Notes: generated by a model from the sequence alone, not told the origin. A stretch of DNA of 32,000 nucleotides from Candidatus Iainarchaeum sp. (GCA_028700115.1 JAQVTI010000001.1:161139-193138), one strand, 5' to 3'; shown: positions 19,399 through 28,772, counted from the first letter of the stretch. A program made the numbers and translations.

Positions 19399-20784
19399 CT
19401 AACCAGTTAAAACAATTATAGGCTTTATTCTTGCAATTTTTTTAACTAACCTTTTTGATTCTAAAGACTTAACTACTAGACTAGATTTTTTATAAGCATT
19501 AGGATTTTCTTCTCTTGCTGTGTTTTCAGATCTACCTGAAAGAATAATCTTATTTTTAGACATGTATTCTTTTAGATCTTTAAAGGACATTAAATTTTTT
19601 GCAACAGATCTAGAAACAAGTCTACCACAACCATGAGGCATTGTATTTAGTGTTTGTTTAATGTTTTTTGTAGGTAAAAGTATATAAGAATAATCAAGCA
19701 TTGAACCTGGAAGTAAAATTGGAGCACCTGTTTCTAAATATCTAGAAGATTTATTTAAATCACTAGGTAAAAATGCACGAGTTGCACCTTTTCTATGAAC
19801 AATTACTTTTTTTGAATCTATTTTTTCTATAGTTGCTAAATTATGAACTAAATCATAAACTAAATCAAAACTTAATTCTTTTTGTCCAAGATTTAAAGTA
19901 TCTTTAAAAACCTTAAAAACACTTCTTGTAAGTATAGCTCTATTTACAAAAGCATAGTTTGCACAAGCATTCATTGCTTTAAAATAATCTTTTGCTAATT
20001 TAGTATTAAAAGGCTCATAACAAATTGGGTTTTTATTTTTAAAAAAAGAAGAATATTCTTTTCCAACAGTATAACCTAACCCTCTAGAACCAGTATGAAT
20101 AAATATACAAACTTGATTTTTAGAAAGAGACCATTTTTTAGAAATATTTTTATCAAAAATATCACTAACTATACAAATATCAATAAAATGATTTCCCTGA
20201 CCTAAAGTACCTAATTGTTTAATAGCAATATCTTTTGCTTTTTTTGAAATTTTAGAAGAATCTGCTTGTTTAAAATAACCATTATATTCAATAGATCTTT
20301 TTTCTTTACTAGAAACTAATTTTTTAGAAATAGCCCAATTTATTCCTTTATTTAAAATTTCATCTAAATCTTTTTTTGAAATTTTATAACCATCATTAGA
20401 AAGACCAAGTGGTAGTTTAGATAAATTTTTTGAAAGACTTTCTAAATCTTTTTTATTTAAGTCTTTTAGAAATAAATTAGTTTTAACTAATCTAACACCA
20501 CAATTAATATCATAACCTACAGCTTCAGAAGAAATAAATCCATTTTTATAATTACTTGAAATAACGCTTCCAATTGGAACACCAAATCCTGTATGTATGT
20601 CTGGAAGACCTATAACTGAATGCACGCTTGGTAAATTAGTTGAATTTATTAATTGTTCTAATGCAGAATCTGAAACTTTAGAAAATAAAGAAGGAGTTAT
20701 TAATAATTTAATTTCTTTATTATTATGATTTGTTATAAAAAAACCATTTTTATTTTTAAAAGTTAAATTTATTCTTTTAGGCAT
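19399..20784 (-). CDS. rtcB: tRNA-splicing ligase RtcB
   Basis: GYDINCGVRLV, GTLGQGNHFIDI, FIHTGSRGLGY, VHRKGATRAF, HGCGRLVSR, C-terminal VKKIARIKPIIVLTG. Confidence 0.96.
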   Translation of the reverse strand: MPKRINLTFKNKNGFFITNHNNKEIKLLITPSLFSKVSDSALEQLINSTNLPSVHSVIGLPDIHTGFGVPIGSVISSNYKNGFISSEAVGYDINCGVRLVKTNLFLKDLNKKDLESLSKNLSKLPLGLSNDGYKISKKDLDEILNKGINWAISKKLVSSKEKRSIEYNGYFKQADSSKISKKAKDIAIKQLGTLGQGNHFIDICIVSDIFDKNISKKWSLSKNQVCIFIHTGSRGLGYTVGKEYSSFFKNKNPICYEPFNTKLAKDYFKAMNACANYAFVNRAILTRSVFKVFKDTLNLGQKELSFDLVYDLVHNLATIEKIDSKKVIVHRKGATRAFLPSDLNKSSRYLETGAPILLPGSMLDYSYILLPTKNIKQTLNTMPHGCGRLVSRSVAKNLMSFKDLKEYMSKNKIILSGRSENTAREENPNAYKKSSLVVKSLESKRLVKKIARIKPIIVLTG

Positions 20785-20820
20785 ATAAAAAAGTAAGTAG
20801 AAAAAGAATTATAAAAAGAT

Positions 20821-22080
20821 TTATTTTAGATCAGACTCAATCAATGTATAAGTTTCCCAAACTATAAATTCTATAAATTTATAGATAATTTTACAAAATC
20901 TAATATCCACACCATCTGGACAATGATTAATTTTTTGAGAAACATATCTACAGCCACCTCTACAAAGACCAATACCAATACAATTTTTACATTCTGGAAG
21001 AACATAAGATCCTATCCTTACCCAATTTTTAAATAAATCAATTTTATCCAAATCATAATTATTATATATATTTCCAGGAAAATAATTTAAATCTCCTAAA
21101 AAACTTTGACAAGGGCCTATATTCCCTGTAGGATCAACAACTATTTGACATTTATTACAAGGACAATGATGATAACCAATTTTTTGATTTATAAAACGAT
21201 ATAATAAAATTGAATAAAAATTATCAAAAACACCATGCTTTCTAGTAAAAGTTTTAAATAATTCAAAATATTTATTTAAAAGATAATCTAAATTAGTATA
21301 ATCAAAATTAATAACATCTAAAGGTAAAGGAAAATTAATAAATATCTTATTTAAGTTTTTAAAATTTAATAAATATTTTATTTGAGATTTAAAACAATCT
21401 ATATTTTGTAAATTCAAAGTAAATGAAAAAGTATAATTTACACCACACTTAATTAATAAATTTATATTTTTTAATAAAATATTATAATTTAAGCCAAGTC
21501 TATTTTTTTCAGAAACAAATTCATCTCCATCAACAGAAATTGATAAATTAACATTATATTTTTTAAAAAACAAAATCATGTCTTCATTTAATAAAATACC
21601 ATTAGTAATAATATTTATAGTACTCCCTTTATTTTTTAAATTAATTAATTTATTCCAATAAATAATACTTATTTTAACAACTGGCCAATTCAATAAAGGT
21701 TCTCCACCATATATATTTAAAATAAATCCTTTAGAATTAGATTTATTGGCATAATAATTTAAAAATAAATTAATGGCTTTTTTTGCAGTTGAAGTACTCA
21801 TAAAATAATTTTTAATATTAATGGAACTTTTTTGCAATCTATTTTTAATAAAACAATAGTTACAATTTAAATTACAATCTAAAGTTGGAATCAAATAAAA
21901 TATATGGGGTCTAAATTTATACTTATTTAATTTATCTTTACCTTCTTGAAATAAATTTTTATTAACATACAATTTATCATAAATTTGATTTTTATTTTTA
22001 CTATATGCTGTTTTTAAAGTAAACCTATTAAATCCAGCCCAAATTTTTCCTTTTTTAAAATAAAATATTTGATTATCCAT
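20821..22080 (-). CDS. Radical SAM/SPASM peptide-maturase-like protein (rSAM-D)
   Basis: CNLNCNYC, NIYGGEPLLNW, SISVDGD; SPASM-like CQIVVDPTGNIGPC...CKNCIGIGLCRGGC. Confidence 0.92.
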   Translation of the reverse strand: MDNQIFYFKKGKIWAGFNRFTLKTAYSKNKNQIYDKLYVNKNLFQEGKDKLNKYKFRPHIFYLIPTLDCNLNCNYCFIKNRLQKSSINIKNYFMSTSTAKKAINLFLNYYANKSNSKGFILNIYGGEPLLNWPVVKISIIYWNKLINLKNKGSTINIITNGILLNEDMILFFKKYNVNLSISVDGDEFVSEKNRLGLNYNILLKNINLLIKCGVNYTFSFTLNLQNIDCFKSQIKYLLNFKNLNKIFINFPLPLDVINFDYTNLDYLLNKYFELFKTFTRKHGVFDNFYSILLYRFINQKIGYHHCPCNKCQIVVDPTGNIGPCQSFLGDLNYFPGNIYNNYDLDKIDLFKNWVRIGSYVLPECKNCIGIGLCRGGCRYVSQKINHCPDGVDIRFCKIIYKFIEFIVWETYTLIESDLK

Positions 22081-23092
22081 CTAAATCACATTTAAAATAT
22101 TCAAATAATTTTTTGAAAAAAAGGCAATAATAGCTAGATGGATTTAGATTCCCATTTTGAACAAAAGAAGCATATAAACAACCACCTCTACAAATATAAT
22201 TTAAATCGCAATTTTTACAACTTTCGAAATTATTTACAGATCTATTTTTAAATAACTCCAAATTTTCATTAAATCCACTATAAATATCTCCAATTTTAAA
22301 AAAAGAATTATCAACCCCCACATGGCAAGAATAAATCTCTCCTTTAAAGTTAAAAACAAAACGATTTCCACAAGCAGTGCAATAAAAACAATTTTTTGAA
22401 ATAAAATTTTTTTTAAAATTATAAAGAGTATATTCAAAAATATTATTTTCAATTAATAAATTATACACCTTAACTAAATTAGAAGTATACATGTCTAAAA
22501 AATCAATATTATATAAATTATTTAAAGGTATTATATAATTAAAATATAATTTTTTAATTTTCAACCTTTTAAAAAAAGCGACTAATTTTTTTGGATAGTT
22601 TAAATTATGGTCACTCAAAGTACAACTTATCACATAATCTTTCTTTAATTTATTACATAAATTTATAGAATTAATTACTTTTGAAAAAACGGAATTATTA
22701 TTAAAATCAACTCTCATTTCATCATTCATAAATTTACTCCCATCTAAAGAAATTGCAATAAATACATTTAATTTTTTTAACAAATTTATTTTATATTCAT
22801 CTAATAAAAGTCCATTCGTAGTCAAAGAAATAGTATAATTTTTAAAAATAGATTTAATTTTAAAAATTATAAATAATAATTTTTCAAAAAAAAGTAAAGG
22901 CTCACCTCCGCATAAATCAAAATTAATATGTTTATTTTTAAATTCAACATCATTTTTAATAAAATTTAAAATTTCTAAAAGTTTAAAATTAGACATTTCA
23001 AATAATTGCACAGAAGAAACATAACAATATTTACATTTTAAATTACACTTATTAGAAATCATTAATTTAACATCAACTGAACTTAAATTCAT
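22073..23092 (-). CDS. Radical SAM/SPASM peptide-maturase-like protein (rSAM-C)
   Basis: CNLKCKYC, DLCGGEPLLFF, ISLDGS; CTACGNRFVFNFKGEIYSC...CKNCDLNYICRGGC. Confidence 0.92.
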   Translation of the reverse strand: MNLSSVDVKLMISNKCNLKCKYCYVSSVQLFEMSNFKLLEILNFIKNDVEFKNKHINFDLCGGEPLLFFEKLLFIIFKIKSIFKNYTISLTTNGLLLDEYKINLLKKLNVFIAISLDGSKFMNDEMRVDFNNNSVFSKVINSINLCNKLKKDYVISCTLSDHNLNYPKKLVAFFKRLKIKKLYFNYIIPLNNLYNIDFLDMYTSNLVKVYNLLIENNIFEYTLYNFKKNFISKNCFYCTACGNRFVFNFKGEIYSCHVGVDNSFFKIGDIYSGFNENLELFKNRSVNNFESCKNCDLNYICRGGCLYASFVQNGNLNPSSYYCLFFKKLFEYFKCDLDG

Positions 23093-23780
23093 TAAATTTC
23101 ACTATTTCATTATTTATTTTAAAAGGTAATAAATTTAACTCTTTTAAAATACAATATTCTACATCTTTTTTAAACCCACAACTAATTAAATATTTAGCTG
23201 CAGGCGATTCATATAATAAATCCACTAAAATTGATTTATATTGTATAACCAAATTAAGAGCATTTAAAGATAATTCATCCAATTTTTTAAAATTTAGGCT
23301 TGAAATAAATACACCTGCACAAATAAAATCATCCATGCAAATCACATCTTTATTTCCACCTATAATTAAATAAATGTTTCTATCACTAAAATATTTATTA
23401 AAAATATAACTTGCATATTTCAAATTAATTAATCCAATTAAAAAAATATTATCAGAATTAGATTTTAATAGAGCTTTAGATCCAAAACCAGAAATATAAT
23501 ACACATATTTACCACTTAAATCAGATAAATACTCTAATGGAGAATTACCTTTATCAAAAAAATTTATTTTTGAACAATTTTCTTCCCCACAAAATAAAAA
23601 ATTTTTTTCTTTAGGTATTTGCAAAATATCTAATTTAGAACTAAATAAATTTATTTTAGCAGCATTATTTTTAATACAATTACAAATAACTGATGAAGAT
23701 CGAAAAACATCTATTACAACAACTAAATCTAGTTTTCTAGAAGGTATATTATCTAAACCATAAATTAATTTAATATTCAT
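23073..23780 (-). CDS. ComB-like phosphatase (2-phosphosulfolactate phosphatase family)
   Basis: VVVIDVFRSSSVI, FLFCGEENCSKINFFDKGNSPLEY, IGLINLKYASYI, IIGGNKDVICMDDFICAGVFI match ComB family landmarks. Confidence 0.82.
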   Translation of the reverse strand: MNIKLIYGLDNIPSRKLDLVVVIDVFRSSSVICNCIKNNAAKINLFSSKLDILQIPKEKNFLFCGEENCSKINFFDKGNSPLEYLSDLSGKYVYYISGFGSKALLKSNSDNIFLIGLINLKYASYIFNKYFSDRNIYLIIGGNKDVICMDDFICAGVFISSLNFKKLDELSLNALNLVIQYKSILVDLLYESPAAKYLISCGFKKDVEYCILKELNLLPFKINNEIVKFNEFKFS

Positions 23781-25012
23781 ATATTTTTCTTCTTAAATTT
23801 TAAAATAACATAATCTAATAAATCAAATTCTTTAGAAAACATTTTAGAAATTAAAATAAAATTTGATTTATTTAAAATATTTATTAAAGATTCTGTATAG
23901 TCTACAGAAATATTAGATAAAATTAATACAAAAAATCCATCTTTTTTCAAAATTTTAAAACAATTTTTAAAGATACATAATAAATTTTCATCAAATGTTT
24001 TAGAATCCATAATATCTAAAGAATCAAAATTAAATTTATTTAAATAATTTAAATTAATCCAAGATAAATGCAAATATGAATTACAAGCATAAGATATATC
24101 TTTATAATAAGGAGGATCGCAAATTATACAATCAACTAAATTATTTTTTAAATTTAAATTTTTTGAATCATCTAAAATTAATTGCAAATGATTTAAATCT
24201 AAATTAAATTTATTAATTTCGCATTTTAAATCAATTGCTTTTTTTATTTTATTAAGAAAGCCAAACCATATATTAAAATTAACATACACCTCTGGAACTT
24301 TAAATGTATTAATTGTTTTCCAACGATTGTTATTTTTTAAAATATTTAATTTACTAGATTTACCTAGATTTGAACTAAAAATAAATTTAAAATAATTTTT
24401 AACATCTTCACATTTTATTTTATCAATAAATTCTAATAGGAGACACAATCCAATAAGATTTCGTTGTGAATACAAATCTTTAATAAAATTTACATTTGAA
24501 TTAAAATTTGCAGGAATTTTATTATTTGGAATATATTTATTATTGTAATTAAAATCGTCAAAACTATTTAAAATAAAATTAGGAGGTGTATTTTTTTTAA
24601 TTATAGAATTACATTTTGGACAAAAAAAAGAAGTAAAATTATTAATTACAAATGAATAAACTATTAAATTAGAACCACAACAATTACAACATTCTTTTGA
24701 TTTATATAATTTAAAAAAAATTGGTTTTAATAAATTTATATTCTTAAATTCTAAATTTAATTTATCAATAGTAATATTTTTTAATGTTTCAGTAACTATA
24801 AAATGACTTAATGGAGTAACATCTACCCCAATTACCTTTCTATTTAATATTAATGATTCAATAATAGTAGTTCCAGACCCCATAAATGGATCTAATATTA
24901 AACTATTTTCAGATGTATTTTCTAAAATCACCTTTTGAACAATTCCCCAATATTTACGTCCATTAAAAGGATGTAAGCTATATCTATTAGTTTCAATTAT
25001 ACTAATACCCAT
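23777..25012 (-). CDS. DNA-methyltransferase-like protein (amino-MTase, DPPY) with embedded Cys4 zinc finger
   Basis: SAM motif LILDPFMGSGTTIIESLILNRKVIGVDV, catalytic DCIICDPPYY, zinc finger CCNCCG...CPKC. Confidence 0.83.
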   Translation of the reverse strand: MGISIIETNRYSLHPFNGRKYWGIVQKVILENTSENSLILDPFMGSGTTIIESLILNRKVIGVDVTPLSHFIVTETLKNITIDKLNLEFKNINLLKPIFFKLYKSKECCNCCGSNLIVYSFVINNFTSFFCPKCNSIIKKNTPPNFILNSFDDFNYNNKYIPNNKIPANFNSNVNFIKDLYSQRNLIGLCLLLEFIDKIKCEDVKNYFKFIFSSNLGKSSKLNILKNNNRWKTINTFKVPEVYVNFNIWFGFLNKIKKAIDLKCEINKFNLDLNHLQLILDDSKNLNLKNNLVDCIICDPPYYKDISYACNSYLHLSWINLNYLNKFNFDSLDIMDSKTFDENLLCIFKNCFKILKKDGFFVLILSNISVDYTESLINILNKSNFILISKMFSKEFDLLDYVILKFKKKNI

Positions 25013-25014
25013 AT

Positions 25015-26184
25015 TTAATCACTATTAATTAATAAATAAACTTTATTTATATCAGAATATATTTCTAACATTATAAAATATATTAGTTCTTTCCAAAACA
25101 CACAATATTTTTTCCCAAAAAAATAAGATTTTGCAAAACAATTACAACTCAAAAAGTTTTTAAAAATACAACTATTACAAATTGAAATATTTTTAAAATA
25201 ATTAATTATAAAAATATTATTTAAAGAAAAATTATTAATATTAAATTTATTAATATTACCCATTTTAAATTTATTATATTCTAAAAAATAATCACAAGGA
25301 TAAATATCACCTAATACATTTACAGCAATTAATTTAGTGCCAGCACCACAATTTAACTTATTACAATTATCAGTATCTATATTAAATAATAATTTCTTTA
25401 ACAAATTAGAAAATGTTAATTCATATATTTTAAAACTATTAGTTAAATTATTATTTATAATTAGAAAAAATAATTTTTTATAAAAATTAAATAAATCTGA
25501 AGAATCATAACTAAATTTTTTAGAATCAATTAAATTTATTTTAAATAATTTTATTTTAAATTTTTTATAAAAATTAAATAAAATTTCTGGATTTTTAATA
25601 GATTTATAGTTTAAAACAGAAATAACAGTAGGTTCAAAATTTAATGAATGACATAATTTAATAGAATTAGAAACTTTAGAAAAATCAATTCTATAAACGT
25701 CATTATAAATTTTTGGACCATCAATAGAAATAGATAAATTCACATTATATTTTTTTAAAAATAAAATCATAGATCGATTTAATAAAGTTCCATTTGTTTG
25801 AATACTAAAAGTAATATTTTTTTTATTTTTAAATTTAAGAATAATAGATTTAATTTTATCAAATTCTAATAATGGTTCTCCACCATGAAATATAATTTGT
25901 AAAGATTTATTATATTGTGAAACCATTTTACAAAAAGAATTAATTACAGAATCTTTAATTAAAATATTATTTTTAGTAGAATAACAATACTTACAATTTA
26001 AATTACAATTTTTTGTGATTTTAAAAATAATCACAAAAGGAATTTCAAAGGAATTAATATCTAAAAAAGGCATTAATTTTAAATTATCAAGAGTATTAGA
26101 AACACCCCAACTACAAATAGATTTAAAAATAAAATTATTTTTATAAGAATCTATTTCTAAATAATTATTAATCATAATTAACAA
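25015..26184 (-). CDS. Radical SAM/SPASM peptide-maturase-like protein (rSAM-B); likely true start is the ATG at 26175
   Basis: CNLNCKYC, IIFHGGEPLLEF, SISIDGP; CGAGTKLIAVNVLGDIYPC...CNSCIFKNFLSCNCF. The track start is TTG; the ATG at 26175 lies 2 nt after the stop of the 41-aa ORF. Confidence 0.93.
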   Translation of the reverse strand: MLIMINNYLEIDSYKNNFIFKSICSWGVSNTLDNLKLMPFLDINSFEIPFVIIFKITKNCNLNCKYCYSTKNNILIKDSVINSFCKMVSQYNKSLQIIFHGGEPLLEFDKIKSIILKFKNKKNITFSIQTNGTLLNRSMILFLKKYNVNLSISIDGPKIYNDVYRIDFSKVSNSIKLCHSLNFEPTVISVLNYKSIKNPEILFNFYKKFKIKLFKINLIDSKKFSYDSSDLFNFYKKLFFLIINNNLTNSFKIYELTFSNLLKKLLFNIDTDNCNKLNCGAGTKLIAVNVLGDIYPCDYFLEYNKFKMGNINKFNINNFSLNNIFIINYFKNISICNSCIFKNFLSCNCFAKSYFFGKKYCVFWKELIYFIMLEIYSDINKVYLLINSD

Positions 26185-26303
26185 TTATTTATAGGCCACC
26201 CAGTACCTAAACATTTTTGATTAATATCTAATTTATCAAATAATTTTTTAAGCACACTTTTATCTGGTACTTTCAAATTATTAGATTTATATTTATCCAA
26301 CAT
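26178..26303 (-). CDS. Putative RiPP precursor peptide 2 (41 aa)
   Basis: Manual translation: MLDKYKSNNLKVPDKSVLKKLFDKLDINQKCLGTGWPINNC*; strong SD (gtGAGGTtttATG) and directly upstream of the rSAM-B start. Confidence 0.78.
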   Translation of the reverse strand: MLDKYKSNNLKVPDKSVLKKLFDKLDINQKCLGTGWPINNC

Positions 26304-26359
26304 AAAACCTCACATATATATAAATATTATAAGTAAAAATATTTATAAATAAATCTGTT

Positions 26360-26431
26360 TTAAAAATAAGCATAGCTAAATAAAAATACTATTAAAAAAG
26401 TAAATATAATATATATTATCTTTTTATTCAT
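26360..26431 (-). pseudogene. Signal-peptide remnant of a further M6 protease copy
   Basis: Translates MNKKIIYIIFTFLIVFLFSYAYF*, cf. MNKNIIYIIFIICFLFSFSYVYA of the intact protease at 28996-31347. Confidence 0.75.
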
Positions 26432-26459
26432 AAACCTTATTCTTCAGACATATTATTAT
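26405..26459 (-). repeat. Copy A of protease-junction repeat (end of one copy / start of next)
   Basis: 55 nt aligned to 31321-31375 with 2 mismatches; encodes ...YNNMSEE* then MNKK.... Confidence 0.88.
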
Positions 26460-26482
26460 ATAAAATAGAAAATAATATGCAA

Positions 26483-26812
26483 TTACACAAATATATATGC
26501 AAAGTTATCTACAAAATCAATTTTAACATTAATATTACTAACCCTATAATTTTTTACAAAAGACGGTTTAAAAATCAAAGGAATATTTAGCTCTTGTGCA
26601 ATTATAGTAGCATGAGATAAAAGTCCACCATTACTTACAATTATTGCAAGTGGATTTAAAGAATTAATTTTAATAAAATGTACAGGCAACACATAATCAA
26701 TTACAAGAATTTCATTATATTTCAAATTATCTAAATTATTTATACGCCCACTTATAGATGAATTATTACTTTTAACCCAAACATCACCTTTATATACACA
26801 CTCATTTTTCAT
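26483..26812 (-). CDS. Stand-alone PEP-utilising enzyme mobile (phosphohistidine swivelling) domain protein
   Basis: IKINSLNPLAIIVSNGGLLSHATIIAQELNIPLIF matches the GG..SHa.i.AreLgIP active-site signature with His retained. Confidence 0.88.
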   Translation of the reverse strand: MKNECVYKGDVWVKSNNSSISGRINNLDNLKYNEILVIDYVLPVHFIKINSLNPLAIIVSNGGLLSHATIIAQELNIPLIFKPSFVKNYRVSNINVKIDFVDNFAYIFV

Positions 26813-27436
26813 TTAAATCACTTTAAAATCATTTAATTTTAAATAAACATAAATCAAACCTAACACAAAATCTTCTTCATTAGAAATATATTTTAAAAAA
26901 TCTACATCGGCAATATCTTTAGAGATATAATCATCAATTACTTTATTTGAATCAACATAATTTAAAAAAATATTTATAAAATTATATTTTTCATTTGGAT
27001 ATGATAATATAAAATTTTCAAATAAATATCTAAAATTATTATAGAAATAAAATATATTTATAAATTTAAAATTAACAGATTTATCTAAAAGTTTAGATTT
27101 ATATTTTTCAAATATTAATATTTGATAGGCCTCATAATCAATCAATAGATTATAAATAAAATTAACATCCTTAGATTTTAAATTATTAAATATTTTTTTT
27201 CTTATATTAATTAATTTAAATTTTAAAAAGTCAAATTCAAAATTATGATTTTCTAATAAGTTATATAAATATTCAGAAATATAAATTTCATGTTCTAAAT
27301 CATTTTTTTTATAATTTATGTGATTTAAATTTATATTTAATATATTACAAATTCTATTAAAAGAATTAACCATTATATTTATTGTAATTAAAGAATTTCT
27401 AACTAATAAAAATCCTCTTACTTTTATATATTTCAT
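26813..27436 (-). CDS. Unknown predicted helical 207-aa protein
   Basis: ORF directly abutting the phosphohistidine-domain gene; no recognised motif. Confidence 0.65.
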   Translation of the reverse strand: MKYIKVRGFLLVRNSLITINIMVNSFNRICNILNINLNHINYKKNDLEHEIYISEYLYNLLENHNFEFDFLKFKLINIRKKIFNNLKSKDVNFIYNLLIDYEAYQILIFEKYKSKLLDKSVNFKFINIFYFYNNFRYLFENFILSYPNEKYNFINIFLNYVDSNKVIDDYISKDIADVDFLKYISNEEDFVLGLIYVYLKLNDFKVI

Positions 27437-27446
27437 ATTTTCTTTT

Positions 27447-28772
27447 TCAAATTTTCTTTTTCAAATTTTCTTTTGCAATTTTTAAAATTAACTTACGAAT
27501 AATTTTTTTATATAATTTACAATTATCCAAATCTAATTGATAAATATTCAAATCTTTCCCTTTGGTTTTATTAACAATACATCCTCCGCCACATAAAGTT
27601 AAACCAATACAATTCCAACAATTTAAAATATTAAAAGTAGATCTTTTATTCCATGTATCCCAAATATAATCTTTAGTAAAATCATATTTCAAAGAAATAT
27701 CATTTAAATTTTTTTCAAAATAAGTTTTATGCTTCCAATCATAACCGTGACAGATACCAATTTTACCACTAGGTAGTACAACTAATTGATTGCCCATACC
27801 CGCACAATCTTTAACATAAAATCTTTTAAATACAATAGCTAAAAAACGCCTATAATAAATTCTATCTTCCAAAATATTTTTTTTAGTCAATATATTAATC
27901 ACATCAAACAAATCATCAATAAACTTATCATCAAAAACCATTTTTTGTTTGTGTAATAAATTAAAACTAAAAGACATTTTAGTATCTAAATTTTTTACAA
28001 AATGTTTAATATCCCTAATATTATCTTTAGTTAAAGTATAAGAAACAGACACGGGTATTTTTTTAGAAATTAATAAATCAAATCCTTTTTTAATTTCTAA
28101 ATACATATTTTTATTATTATGATTAACTCTATTAGAATTAGTTTTAGAACTAAATCCATCTATAGAGATTCCTACAGACACATTATATTTTTTAAATAAA
28201 TTTACATATTTTAAATCTAATTTAACCCCGTTAGTTACTATTATTATATTCGCATTTTTTTTGAAAATAGAATATATTTTTTCTAAAGTAAATTTAACTA
28301 AATTATAATCTAATAATGGTTCTCCACCATATAAAATAATTTTCTTTTTTAATTTACTTTTTTGATTTTTGTAAAGCTTCAAAGCTTTAATAATATGTTC
28401 TTTTTTAATTGAAATATTATCAAAATAATCTTTTACAAAACAATATTTACAATTTAAATTACATTTAGAATGCAACAGTAAATACATAACATGTATTCCA
28501 TAATCTTTTTGAGATAAGATTATTTTACTTTTTTTATAAAAATAATCTAAAAAATTAGTATTTTGATCAACTAAAAAGTCTAATTCAATTAAATCAACAT
28601 CAATATCTATAGAACTAGATAAAACTCCTTTTTTATAAATTTTTAAAAGTTTAGTTAATAAAATATAAATTTCTTGAGAAAATGGATTATATAAAACTGT
28701 ATATTTATCATCCAATTTGATTAATTTTACAAATGGATTTAAAATATATATCATATAAATACCTAATAACAA
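27447..28772 (-). CDS. Radical SAM/SPASM peptide-maturase-like protein (rSAM-A); likely true start is the ATG at 28754
   Basis: CNLNCKYCFVKDYF, IILYGGEPLLDY, VSIGISIDGFS; CAGMGNQLVVLPSGKIGIC...CWNCIGLTLCGGGC; N-terminal ~90-aa extension of peptide-recognition-domain size. Confidence 0.94.
   Translation of the reverse strand: MLLGIYMIYILNPFVKLIKLDDKYTVLYNPFSQEIYILLTKLLKIYKKGVLSSSIDIDVDLIELDFLVDQNTNFLDYFYKKSKIILSQKDYGIHVMYLLLHSKCNLNCKYCFVKDYFDNISIKKEHIIKALKLYKNQKSKLKKKIILYGGEPLLDYNLVKFTLEKIYSIFKKNANIIIVTNGVKLDLKYVNLFKKYNVSVGISIDGFSSKTNSNRVNHNNKNMYLEIKKGFDLLISKKIPVSVSYTLTKDNIRDIKHFVKNLDTKMSFSFNLLHKQKMVFDDKFIDDLFDVINILTKKNILEDRIYYRRFLAIVFKRFYVKDCAGMGNQLVVLPSGKIGICHGYDWKHKTYFEKNLNDISLKYDFTKDYIWDTWNKRSTFNILNCWNCIGLTLCGGGCIVNKTKGKDLNIYQLDLDNCKLYKKIIRKLILKIAKENLKKKI

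Noticed and set aside
17676-19533. Minus-strand ORFs antisense to the BofA-like and EndoQ-like genes.
   Set aside because: No motif support and full overlap with well-supported genes on the plus strand.
27447-28772. rSAM-A start at 28772 as given in the track.
   Set aside because: It is a TTG overlapping the precursor-1 stop; the ATG at 28754 fits operon spacing better. The same reasoning places the rSAM-B start at 26175 rather than 26184.
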